Shown: positions 37,038 to 49,605 of the stretch, one piece after another
Numbering within the stretch: the first letter of the stretch is position 1
Layout of the letters: each line of letters starts with the position of its first letter
NCBI RefSeq assembly: GCF_030028105.1
Contig: NC_092373.1
Span: 147,289,556 to 147,353,555, forward strand
Length of the DNA stretch: 64,000 bases
Reading direction: 5' to 3'
DNA from: Mobula birostris
Lineage: Eukaryota
Program-made: the position numbers and the translations under genes
Notes under the pieces: model-generated
Seen by the model: the letters and a program-made list of their open reading frames with translations, nothing else
Databases searched by the model: none
Told to the model about the DNA's origin: nothing

Positions 37038-39769
37038 ACCCTAATCCTAGGACCTCTGGTTATTCACATCACTGCACTCCCATAATTTTGTATTAAAATT
37101 TTAAAAAAAACCTTCACATGCACAATAGTTCACAATAGTTATAAACTATTGATGATCTAAATGGAGTTTTAATGTCAGTCCTTGGAGCAGCTAGTACTGT
37201 GCCATTTGCAACAGCTGTATGGGTAAACTGTGTTCTAGTCTAGGCCCATGGACAGATTGCCATCTGGATAAACCATTGTAGTTGTGTATTACACAAGCAG
37301 AGGTGTAAGCTTCAACACTAAGTTCACTTGTGAAATACTGGGAACTTTTCCAAATATGTGCCCTTACAATTGGTTCAATATTGTAAGTCTAAGTAGTAGC
37401 TAATCATTGGAAAATGGTAACATTTATTGCTGTCTTTTCAGGAGAAACAATTATGGCACACTTGAAATAAAGTCTGGGATCTAAGATGTGAAAGAACCTT
37501 GAAACTCAATTAAAATTTGTAGGAAAACAAAAGTGAAAATTCAATTATAACTGTAATTTCTTCAGAGATGCCAGTTTAAAAAAAAAAGCAGAATGTAATT
37601 CTGATACAAATGATTTAACAAATGCGGTGAATGTGATAAATACTACAGATGTTTGAATGGTGAACGTAGTTTTTCATTTGAACTTCAAAATGATTTTTGC
37701 ATAGTTGCAATGTACATGAATATTGTTTCTATAGATCTAAGTATGTTTCTCGACAGAATTATAGAGATACGGGAGGTTTTTCAACAGGGTTTGATGCCAT
37801 TAAGCTCATTGAGTCTATGCAAATTCTCTGCAAGATTGATTCTCCCTGCTTCTCACAGTTGTGAAACTGTTCTCCTTTAATATATTCATCTAGTTCCGTT
37901 TTGAATGCTATGATTAAGTCTGTTCCTACTAACATTATTGTAGTGCATTCCAGATCCCAACCAGTCACTGCGGATGCACATTTTTCTACATGTCACCTTT
38001 GCTCCTTTTACCCATCATTTCCATTCTATGCCTCCTGGCTCTCTACCATCATATACAGGGAGGCAGTAGAACTGAACTTTGGGGTCATGTTATAGGAGGA
38101 AAAACTCCCCAAATATATCATGAATGCTTTGAATTGCTCTCTGTTTATTCAATTTATAATAACTTTCAGCTCTCTAGGATTTCAGGAATGTTGGAAATAG
38201 CTGAGTACAAATATTTGCATTGTTTCTATAGAGAGGAATGAAGCAGTTCTCCATTCCCCTTCTGTCGATACACGAAAATGCTCAGTGAAGTCATGGACTG
38301 GATTAAGAGAAAAGTGCAGAGATTCTAACACTTGAAAGAAGCCTAAGTTCTTTTGTGAAAACTAGACTCTGTCTGATCTTCACTCTGAAGTGTAAAGTAA
38401 ATTGTGTCCTGCATTTCAATTTTATTCTTGGTCTTTTGTCAGTTTTCCTGCCTCTGTTTTCCCGCAGGAGATCTATTGAGGATCAGTGTTTACTCTCCTA
38501 GTTATTTCTCATGTACAACCCCGGAAATAGACGTAAATGGGACACTTGACAGTAGGAAAGGGCAAGAGAGAAATAACAGGCACGTCTGTATTTACCTGTA
38601 TCACTGTATACATTTTAGAATGGGTATGAGGAGATCAAGGGTAAAGTGGCAATTCTGATTCTTTGCCTCCCTCCCCAGATCAGGAAATCTCAATATATTT
38701 TTTCATTCTAATACTTTTTTCTCTTTTTTTTTGTGCACATTCACTTTGGCTTTCCTGGTCAAAACTCTCTTCTCTGTCCACAGAAGCTGCCTGAATGTTG
38801 TGTATTTCCAACACCTTTTTAAAAAAAATTTTACCAGTGGTGTCTTGCTTTCATTTTTTTGGTCCCCATCACCCAAAGATTGCATCACTTTGCATTTAGA
38901 CTCCCAACATTATAAATAGCCACTGGGCAGAAATTTCCTCATAACTAGAAATTACATCATAGGGTTAGGATGGGAGATGCAGTGATGTGAAAGGGATTTC
39001 TAACCTGAGTATTCAGTTTGCCAAAAATTGAATGCACAACCCATTGACTCAGCTGTATCAGCTTGGGTTCATATTGCCCCATTGGAGGAAGGGCTCTTTA
39101 TTAATATACAATAATCTTTGAAATTAATAGATAAATCAACACAGTTTTAAGATTAAGGTTATATTCAAAGATCTTCTGGAGCCTTCTGTAACTCTCCATT
39201 GAAAGCAATCCAAGATCCCAGCAAAATCATTGTGGAAAAAGTTGAAGCAGTTTGTCAAGAACATTATAAGATATTTCTCTATTTATGGATACATATCTGG
39301 GTCTTCACAACATTAAATAGAAGCAACAGGTTAAATTAAATTATGCAATTAAACAATAAGCAGCAAAAATGTTTAAAATTAAAAATAAGTGAATACTTTA
39401 TCTGGAAGCTGGTAGATTGTTTTTTCCTTTTGGTAGTATATGGTAACATATACATTGATGATAAATTTACATTGTTTGAACTTTGAACCTTTTTGAGAGG
39501 AAAGTGTGTTCAACTGAGGTGACAGTGATCACATGATCTTTATATGGATAAATGGCAAAGAGCACAAGTGCTATTTAAATTAAATGTAATGAGAATTGAA
39601 AATGTCAATTAAGACTTATGGGCAAACTGAAAAATATATTCTTATATAACAATTGTTTTCTTACCTGTACATGGAAAGGCTTTTGATCACAATGCTCATG
39701 TTCATTTACTTTCTACACTTTTGTGAATCATAGTGAGGTAAGTGATACTCTGCCTTAGATTAGATACAA

Positions 39770-41622
39770 TCAGATGCACAACAGCTGTGGCAGGGCTTGC
39801 ATGTCATCTCCTCCCATAAGGTAACATCGAACAGCATATATGGTAGTGATGCTTCACTCTGAGCTCAACTACTTTTCTGCATGTAATGAATGGTGTAATA
39901 AAACTGCAGCTACTCAGATCCACACTGCTCCTGGTGATCCTTTGAACTCTGTCTCAGAGGCCAATGGCAGAACATCTTTCAATGGTGTGAAACCTCACAT
40001 GGGGTCAGGCCCTAATGGTGCTTCTGCCCAGGTACTGAAAACCAGCACCAACCAACTGGCTGGAGAGTTCAAGAACATCTTCATCCTCTCATTGTTGCAG
40101 TCTGAGGTTCCCAGCTGCTTTAGTAGAGCAACAATCATACCAGTGCCCAAGAAGATCAGGGTGAGATGCCTCAACAACTATCAACCAGCATCACTCATAT
40201 CTACCATCATTAAATGCTTTGAGAGTTTGATGCCTAGAATTAACCCCTGCCTGAGCAAGGACCTGGACCCATGCAATTCACCTACTGCTGCAATATGTCT
40301 AGAGTAGGTGCATTCTCATTGGCTCTCCACTCTGCTTTGGGTACAGCATCTAGACAACAGCAATACATACATACATCAGGTTGCTGTTAATCAATTAGCA
40401 TTCAATACCACTATCCCCTCAGTATTAGCCACAAAGTAACTAAACCTGGGCCTCTGTGCCTCTCTCTGCAACTGGATCCTTGACTTCTTCATTAGGAGAC
40501 TACAGTCAGTATGGATCGGTGATTATATTTCTCTTCGCTGGCAATCAACACAGGCTCACCTTAAAGATGTGTGCTTAACCCACTGCTCTATTCTCTCTAC
40601 ACTCATGACTATGTGACTAAGTACAGCTCAAGGAACATTTATAATTCTGCAGGTGTTACCACAGTTGTTGGGGGGGGGGAAACAAAACTCAGATGGCAAT
40701 AAGGGCACAAGCAGGATTGAGACAGATCAGCTGGTTAAGTGGTTTCACAATAATGACCTGCACTCAGTGTCAGCAAGAACAAGGAATTGATTGTGGACTT
40801 CAGGAAGGGGCAGTCAGGAAAACATGGACACTTCTCATTTAAGGGTCAGCAGTGGAAAGGGTGGGTAGCTTTAAGTTCTTGTGTGTTAACATCTCTGAGG
40901 ATCTGTCTTGGGACCAACACATTCATGTAAATGAAGATGGTACACCAACAGCTCTACTTCATGAATTTGAGATCTTGTATGCCACTGAAGACCCTTGCAA
41001 ATTTCTATAGATGTACAGCTGAGATCATTCTGACTAGTTACATCATAGCCTGGTATGGAGGCTCTAATACAGGAGGCTGCAAAGGATTGTGTTCTCAGCC
41101 ACCTCCATCATGGGCACCATCCTCCCCATCACCAAGGGCATCTTCAGGGGATGTTGTCTCAAGAAGCTGGCGTCCATCACTAGGGATCCTTGGCATTTGG
41201 GATATGTCCTCTTCTCATTATTACTGCCATACAGGAGGCATAGGAGCCTGACGGCCCTCAGCCAATGATTCAGGAATAGGTTTAAATAGGTGCATTTAAT
41301 GTCAGAAATGTATGCAATATACATCCTGAAATTCTTTTACTTTGCAGACATCCACAAAATCAGAGGAGTGTCCCAAAGAATGAATGACAGTTAAAACATT
41401 AGAACCCCAAAGCCCTCCCCAGCTCTCCCTTCCATGCACAAGCAGTCCTTCCCCCATCAGATTTCCAGATAGTCCATGAACCCACAAACTTAATCTCATT
41501 GTTTCTTTTTGCTTGTGTTATCAATTTTGTAATTTATAATTTATTTCTTTGCAGTGTACTGCTGCTTCAGAACAACAAATTTCACATCATGTAAGACAGT
41601 GATAATAAACCTGATTCTGATT
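39770..41622 (+). mobile_element. Decayed Rex1/Babar-like LINE, with a short opposite-strand insert at ~41275-41460
   Basis: NQLAGEFKNIFILSLLQSEVPSCFSRATIIPVPKK..CLNNYQP, LANFYRCT and an (ATTCTG) tail. Confidence 0.88.
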
Positions 41623-42272
41623 GGATCTCAGATGAGGAGCAATATAATCAACTCCAGTGTAAGCCGAAAGGCTATTGTATTTGGTGAATGTGACGATAGA
41701 GAAATAGCATGAAGCTGAATAAAGGTAACAATGGTTAATGAGAATGATGTTCAGAATGTGAGGATTTGAATGAAGTATGATACTGGTATAATGATTAAGT
41801 TGCTTGTTTCATGCAACAGAATAGTGTGGTTTACTGGAAGGGAATTGAATGGGAAAGAAAGAACATTATATTTCAGTCATTGTTAAGACCACAGTATTTT
41901 GTACAGTATTGGTATCCACATTTAAGGAACTGCTGCACACAAGGCTGCTAGACTAGGTAAGAGCCCATGGTGTTAGAGACAAGGTATGAAGATTGGCAGA
42001 CTCAGAAAATGAGGAGAAAAGAGTACTTTTCAGGGTGGTTGCTAGTGACCAGTGGATCTCTCCTATCTCTCCTTCCCGGTTTAAAAAAAAATAAGAAAAA
42101 CCCCCACCCAAGGAGCAAAACTCAGCATGTTTGGTGGCACTCTGCCTGCCTTCCACAGCCACCCATGCCTCTGAGGCTTCCCACGCCTGTGCACTGGCTA
42201 CTGCTTTTAAGAAAAACCCCTCACGCAAGGAGATGAAGAGAAATATTTGATAAACAAGGGGTTGAAAGCATA

Positions 42273-42809
42273 CACTCAGTGGCTATTTTATTATGTACCT
42301 TCCATGCCTAATGAAATCACTGAGTGTATGTTCATAGTTTGCTGCTGTAGCCCATCCACTTCAAGATTCGACATATTGTGCATTCAGAGATGCTCTTCTG
42401 CAACCACAATTGTAAAATGTGTTTGTGAGTGACTGTCACCTTCATGTCAGGTTGAACCAGTCTGGCATTCTCTTCTGAACTCTCTTATTAACAAGGTGGT
42501 TTTACTCACAGAACTGCTGCTCATTGTATCAGTCTCTGTAAAGGCTGAGTGTGTGAATATGCAGAAGATCAGCAGTTTCTCAGATTGCCAAGCCACCTTG
42601 TCTGGCACCAACATTCATTCCACAGTCAAAGTCACTTACAGTAGGTCACAGTTCTTCCTCATTTTGATGTTTGGTCTGAACAACAACTGAACCTCTTGAC
42701 CATGTTGACATGCTTTTATCCATGGAGTTGCTGGGTCATGATTCGCTGATTAGGTATTTGTATTAATGAGAAGGTGTACAGATATACCAAATAAAGTGAC
42801 CACTGAGTG
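42273..42809 (-). mobile_element. Tc1-like non-autonomous element inserted in a CR1 3' fragment
   Basis: TA flanks and TIRs cactcagtgg.../...ccactgagtg. An extra internal TIR is at ~42309-42328. The minus strand carries the transposase N-terminal region. Confidence 0.85.
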
Positions 42810-43879
42810 TAGTGTGTGTAGTTGGAGCTGCAGCATTGAAGTTACATTCAGATCAGCCATGACCTTACTAAGTGATGAGTGGTCTCATAGGAGCAAGTGG
42901 TCTATTTCTGCTCTTGATTGATTATATTTTCATATGTTTGTTTGTAATCACATCCTTTTTTAAGGATGTTTGTAAATGCACTGGCAGCCATTTAGGAAAG
43001 ATTTACTAGAAGAATAGCTGGAATGGATTGTGGTACTATCATTCTGATAAAATGGCAGAATGAAGCTCTTGCCATGACACCATTCAAACTTTCTGACCTA
43101 TGGACAAAATTAATACAAAGAATTCTTCAGTCAATATCATATTGCATTTCCTGTCTTACTACCATAGCTACTTTTTAAAATTACCTTTGTAGCTATGAAG
43201 AACTTTATGTTCACTTTTTATCACATTATTTCTGTTTTTGCATGATTTTTAATCTCTCTAATATACATATACTGTTATTTTTACCTTCTATATTATGTAT
43301 TGCATTGAACTGCTGCTGTTAATAAATTTCATGGCACATGCTTGTGATAATAACCTGAATTGGTTCTGATTCTGATGCTCATGTTATATAATTGTAGGCC
43401 GACTACCACTAACTTTCCACTAAAGAAGTACTCTATTTTGTCCAGCCCCAGATGTGAAACTTCCCATGCTTTCCCAACATACTACAGCAGAAGACACGTG
43501 ATATAAATATCTGATTTCTGATTTCCACTGAGCAATGGGATGGGAACAGCTCAGGAGAATTTTGTTGGATTTCATGCTGTGGAATCAGAAGCACATTGAA
43601 CACAACAGTTCACATAGCTTGAGTTAAGTACTTGTACTCATATATAAAGGTTCCAATAGTTTGAATGTCATTGGGAATATGTAAGAATGATGATGTACTG
43701 CTAATGGAACTTCACTTGCAACTCAGATGTAGAGAGCTGTCATTGTTCCATGGTAGAGGCTATACTGAATTCAACAAACCAGCTAACAGTGGTCTAGAAT
43801 CAGAGAAGATATCTATGCCAGATTATTGTATGAATCTAATTAGCTCACCAGAAGAGTGTCTGACACCTCATACACATTC

Positions 43880-44175
43880 TTTAGCTTAGTACAGGAATGC
43901 AGAAGTAAAAAATGCAGCTACTATCTTTTGGAAGAGGTTGTAAATTAGATTCAATTTGTCTCTCGGTGATGCAATGGTATTATTGCAAATAAGAATGTTA
44001 TTCTGCAAATCATTCTGAGCAATAGTTATCTTCTGGTCAAAAAATACCTGGATATGATTTAACTACCATCACTACTGTAATATTACAGAAAATGTCTTTC
44101 AAATACCTCAGTAGCTGTAAAACACACTAGACCGCCTGAAGTTGTGTAAAGCAGTGACATGAATGCTCCTTTACT
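43880..44175 (+). mobile_element. Ancient Deu-domain SINE relic
   Basis: Degenerate core and the tail 'agctgtaaaacacactagaccgcctgaagttgtgtaaagcagtgacatgaatgc'. Confidence 0.45.
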
Positions 44176-44289
44176 TTACCAGAACTGCTTACCATTGTTA
44201 CTTGTTATAAGTATCTTTATATAGACCTTGAGTGAACAAAGGTTTGACCTTGAAATTTTGACTACTTCCATCAAATAAAAAGACAAGCA

Positions 44290-45065
44290 AGTAGGAAATA
44301 GAAGTAAGAGTCAGTCATTTGGCTCTTAGAATCTGTTCTGTTATACATCAAGATCACAGTTGATCTTTTACCTCAGCACATTTCTGTACAATATCCCCAT
44401 ATCATTCAATTCCCTGAGAATTCAGAGATCCATCTGTCTCTATTTTGAATGCATCGCTACAAAGATCCCTTTGAACAACATTTCTCATTTTCTCATTAAT
44501 TAAAACTTACTTTGCCTTGGTTCATAAAAGGGAATGCTGCATTTTTCCACATTATGTTACATTCATCATATTCTTGCCTCCTCACTCAGCTTGTCAATAT
44601 CTCCTTTAAGCCTCTTTGCAACCTTGTCTCGACTCACAATTCCAGCTAATTTTTTATCATCGACAAGCTTCGAAATATGACAACTACTCTGCCTGGAAAA
44701 CTGTTGAAGTAGATCTTGATCAGCTGAGGCCCAGTCACTAATTCTTCCATTCATTTCATTCTTCTCAATCCATTTGATTACATTACTCCTTTCAACCTTG
44801 TTGATCCACCTCCTGAATTGGATCTGATGTGAAAATCCACATACACCACAACCACTGCTTTTCCTACAAGTCACATCCCCCCAAAAAATCAGTAGAATAG
44901 TCAAACATGATTTCTTTCATTAATCCATGCTGACTTTGCTTAATGCTAGTTTGCTTTTCAAGGTATTCTGTCATTAGATTATTCATTTTAGATTTCTGCA
45001 TTTTTCCTCCTATTGACATTAGGCTAATGGATTAGTATCTCCTTGTTTTCTTTCTCCCTTCTTTT
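44290..45065 (-). mobile_element. Old CR1 fragment
   Basis: Minus strand ISKLVDDKKL..RLKGDIDKLSE and a CR1-type 3' UTR near 44300. Confidence 0.7.
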
Positions 45066-47639
45066 TAACTTGCCTGCTAAGACTAAAATATCAAAAGTCT
45101 CATAAGGATGATCTCCACTTGCATGAGCAGAAGTGTGTGTGAATAAGAGTAAAGGGGACAAGGATACAGTTTTGCCTGCAGCATTTTACCAATACAATGT
45201 GGGTGCATGACAAAAAGCTATGAGATATGGTTAATATTCTCATCCTTAGGACAGTGACCACATTTCAAAAGAACTTCATTACTCAAAATCTATTTGAGAC
45301 ATTCTGATACAACGGAAACACTAAAAAAACACCTATTGTTCTTTATATTCTCCGAGTACAGTGAAATCATAGTGACAGTTTAGTTCCCCTAAGTGTGATG
45401 CAATTTGTGACATATATCACAGATTTCACATGTAAAATTAGAAAAAATAAAATGATGGAACTATTAGAATTAAAGAGTGGATGATATCTCACTCAAATAG
45501 TTCTTCCATCAGCTGTCTGCAAACATCCTATGGCATCATTTTGTTTAATGAAAAGAAATACCTTTATTTCATTCGAAGAAATTTGGATGAACATTTTTGT
45601 ACCAGGGTGAAATGGGTATGCAGTCTGATAATTGTACTGAGATGCTGCTTCATAGGCAGCTTGCCATGAAAGTACCTTTACCATAAAGCAATTTATTTTC
45701 TTCAGACAAGCCTCTTGTACTCTGGCTCTGTGACAAACTATAAGTGCACTTTTGAGCTATCCTGAGTTATTCATGCTGCACCTTATTTACCCTTTAATTG
45801 ATGTGATTTTACCATCACTATGGGTCCTTTAATACCCAGGCAGAATAACTTTAAGTGGAACTGTACAAGGATATTGTCCATGGATGAAATCTGCAGTTTG
45901 TTAAATGAAGATGCTTTACGCTGATTAAATAAGATTGCACCATGTCTCCTCAGTGAATAGTGCCTGTATTATTTCACTTACAAGACTCCTGCAGCTAACA
46001 AAGCCATTTTGAACTTATCTGTCTGCACTGTTACTTCCTTGATCTTGACAGTATTAACTCATCACTTTTTAATCTTAAAAAGAACCCAACGGCACTTTAA
46101 CCTTTTGAGGTTTTTTTTCGCTGTTCTGTTATAGTGTGGCCGTCTGCTATATCAAGGGGTCTGGCACACCACAGCCCCCCTGGGAGGTCCTTTGACAGTC
46201 TTCAGCTTAAGGGCAAATCTCCTTATCCAATGTGCTGAGAATAATAAGCCTTTGTGTGCCTTTGATTGAACTCAGCGGATGTGAGCTCTCTGCCAGAAAA
46301 CAGTGTTGTGGTGAAAACATGAAACAGACTTCTTAAGATACAGTTTGACTGAAGCCAGATCATATATAAATAAACAAAGAAATCTAAAACTATCCTTTGG
46401 AACCTTTGACAGAAAGTGATCTAATTATACATCTATTGGTCGGTGAGATAGCTTGGCTGTGTGATCTGGGTTGTAGATATAATTAAGATATACTGTATTC
46501 TACAGGGAAGAATCTCTGGAGAACATTTGCTAAAAGATGACACAGTTAAGCTTTTGCAAAATGGACATTGGATGCCTGGAGTGGAATGCATGGGGATCCA
46601 GCACCTATTGACTACATATCAATTAAAACTTTCCATTTGGGATTCTGATGATAAGGACCTTGGTTTAAAAGAAGTCAACTGTGAAAATGTGATTACAGAT
46701 TTGAGTTTGCTGACACTTCAAATTAATTCCAAAGCCGTTGAAAGATTTTAAATCCTTATCCTTAGCTTTTTATGGTAGTAGCAAATGAAACACAGGGCCA
46801 TAGCGATAGCTGTGATTCAAGATGAAGGCACATCTTTTGATTATTACTCGTGATTAAATTCCTTTGATAACAGTCCAGTAAAGCACCTTGATTTGCTGCA
46901 TTAAAATATGATTCCGGAGGAAATGGAAGCTGCTTATCGGGGTGCACTGAATGTGAACCATGCCTGTATCTTCCACACAGTGGGAACACATTTTAAAAAA
47001 TAATTGTATTGATGTGCTTGTTATGCCAGAACTTACTACAAAAATATGAGGTATCCTGTAGCATAGACCTTTCATATGCCAAGGTTCTTGCCATCTTCAA
47101 CCAATTCAATACAATTCACGTGATTTCAGGAAATGACTGAGAGCACTGAATGCAGCAGATGTTGCAGACCTGGATAATATCTTGTGTTTACAACTATTGT
47201 ATCTTTTACCAATCTGTTCTAGTACAGCTATAACACTGACGCTTAACTGAAGTGGGAATTTGCTCGGGTATGTCCTGTCCACATAAAGAAAATCCTAATT
47301 TATGCCTCTATATTAGAGTCATTCATGAAGGAGCATGATAGGGAAACCTTTCTGCAGGCCTGAATCAGACCTAAAATAAAAAAAAAATGGTGGGGGTTGT
47401 GAAAACCAACCACTTCAGTACAAGGAACTTTTTAATAAAGGTTCATATGGCAGAATCATTGAGCCATTCATTTCCATCTTCATTAATGGGCTTTCCTCTA
47501 TCATAAGTTCTGGAGTACAGATATTCACTGATCCAGTAACAGTAATATCATTGCCAAATCCTCCACAGTCAGGAACTTGGAATGGTTGGAATGGGGAAGG
47601 TGAAGGCCGGGCTTAGGATATTTGTCAATGTTTAACCAG

Positions 47640-48175
47640 AAAACCAACTTGATTATAGCAGGGCTGTAAGAGTTGGTCAGAGATTGGATGTGGTGTAGCA
47701 TGGGGCTTACTTCCTGAGTCTCCAAAGCCAGTCTATCATGTATAGTACACTAATCTGATGTTACACATCTGGGTAAATTCAGCTGAAACAGCATTACAGT
47801 CAACTAGGAAAAGACATACTGCAACCCTACGACTTCATTCGAGCAGCTTAGTTATTCCCTGTCTCCACCATAACTGCACCATTACTACAGAGGGCAGTAT
47901 TTATAAATGTGCTGTAGCAACTTTCTAAGACTACTCTGATGACCCCTACAACACCAATAATGTTTATTACCTAAATGAAAAATGAAAATGGATACCCTTG
48001 ATGAAGTTGGAGCACAGACCTGTCATTCCAAGTTCCTTTTGATAATGCTGCAGCTCTCTACCTGGTGTCTGTTTGTAAGTACCCTTACCTTCTCAATTGT
48101 AGTGGGTTAAAAGGTATTCTCAACCAACTTCTCAGGGCAATTAGAGATAGGAAATAAATGGCTGCCTCATCACAA
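47640..48175 (+). mobile_element. Ancient CR1/L2-group LINE 3' end
   Basis: The tail 'caaccaacttctcagggcaattagagataggaaataaatg' resembles an old vertebrate CR1/L2-type 3' end. Confidence 0.5.
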
Positions 48176-48286
48176 GGATAAGTAATTGGGATAAATTTAA
48201 AGATGTTTTACAAAATCAAACTGTTGTATTATGTTTGTACATGATGGGGTCTAAGCCAATGTCTCTGAATTTGCTGTCTCAAGTAT

Positions 48287-48532
48287 TTTATTTACTCATT
48301 TATTGAGAGATACAGTATGTTAACAGACCCTTCTGATTCAAAGAGCCAGCACTGCACATTCACATCCCTTGACCTACTAACCTGTACATCTTTGAATGGG
48401 AGGAAATTGGAACATCCAGTGGAAACCCATGCAGTCACAGGGGAAAACATGCAAACTCCTTACAGCAGCAGAAATTAATCTGGGTCACTGGCGCTGAAAT
48501 AGTTTAATGCTAACAGCTGTGCTACTGTACCA
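48287..48532 (-). mobile_element. V-SINE
   Basis: 'acctactaacctgtacatctttgaatgggaggaaattggaacatccagtggaaacccatgcagtcacaggg' is the reverse of the V core. Confidence 0.75.
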
Positions 48533-49279
48533 TGGTGGCAACCTGTCAATGGTGTAGAAACTGTAATAATCTACTGAGTGTCAGTAGATGTCCTTATATA
48601 TCATGCCTTCAGACCAAGCATAGGCAAGTACAGAGGCTCTCCCATAACTTTCAAGATCCATGGCATCAGCAGATAACTGACTATAGTTTCAAACATGAAT
48701 GAATAATTTCCTTCTATTGATGCCAACACATTTCTTCTAATTAATAAGAATGGTGAAACAAATTTGAGAAGAACATCCAATATAAAATAGAGACCTGGAA
48801 AGTGAGAGCAAGTTTTAATGAATCCATCAATATTTTCTGTCAAAAAGTAGGTTTGTGCCCTTTTCAGTTTTTTTTTTCTGTGTTTGCTGAGGGGGGAAAG
48901 CTTTAACATTTGTATCAGAGCAGTTTTGAGGTTGCTAAGAAATGCAAACCAAATGATAGATTTTGTTTTTATGAGAATGCAGATTCTAATTCAGGTAGTT
49001 GCTGCTTTAGGCTTGTGTTGCACTTTAGTAACTGTGCTCCTGGCCTGTACCAATAATTTATATAACAGGTGACCTGATTGAATGAAGCATTGCAGCGCAT
49101 TATCTTTGAAGAATTACTAAGATCTCTGCATCAGACTATACTCTGTCAAAGGTCAAATCTCAAACATTTAAAAAAGAGGATAGGAAAGTACTTCAAGAAA
49201 AAGAAAAGCACTTCACTCTACTCTGCAACTGTACTTGAGGATGTCAGATGCAACCTCACACAAGCCAGACCCTGACAGT

Positions 49280-49605
49280 GGAAGAAAGGGAAGTAGGAGG
49301 GAGGTGATGGTCATGAAAGGAGAAGAGGAGAGAGGGGACCAGAATAAGGAATGGAAAAAGTAGAGAAAGGGGAGGTAGGAGAAATTATTGGAAGTTAGAG
49401 AAATCAATGTTCATGCCATCAGGTTGGAGCCTACCCAGACACAATTTTAGTTGTTGCTCCACCAACCAGAGATTGGCGTCATCATGGTAGAGGAGGAGAC
49501 AATAGATTGCCCTGTCGGAATGGGAAGCAAGTTGAAATAGATGGCACCGGAAAATCCCACCTTTTTGTAACGGATGGAGCGAAGGTGCTCAATGAAGTTC
49601 CAAGC
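49280..49605 (-). mobile_element. Penelope-like GIY-YIG C-terminal fragment
   Basis: Reverse homologue of 56130-56340 (LGRLQPDGMNIDFSNF). Confidence 0.8.
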
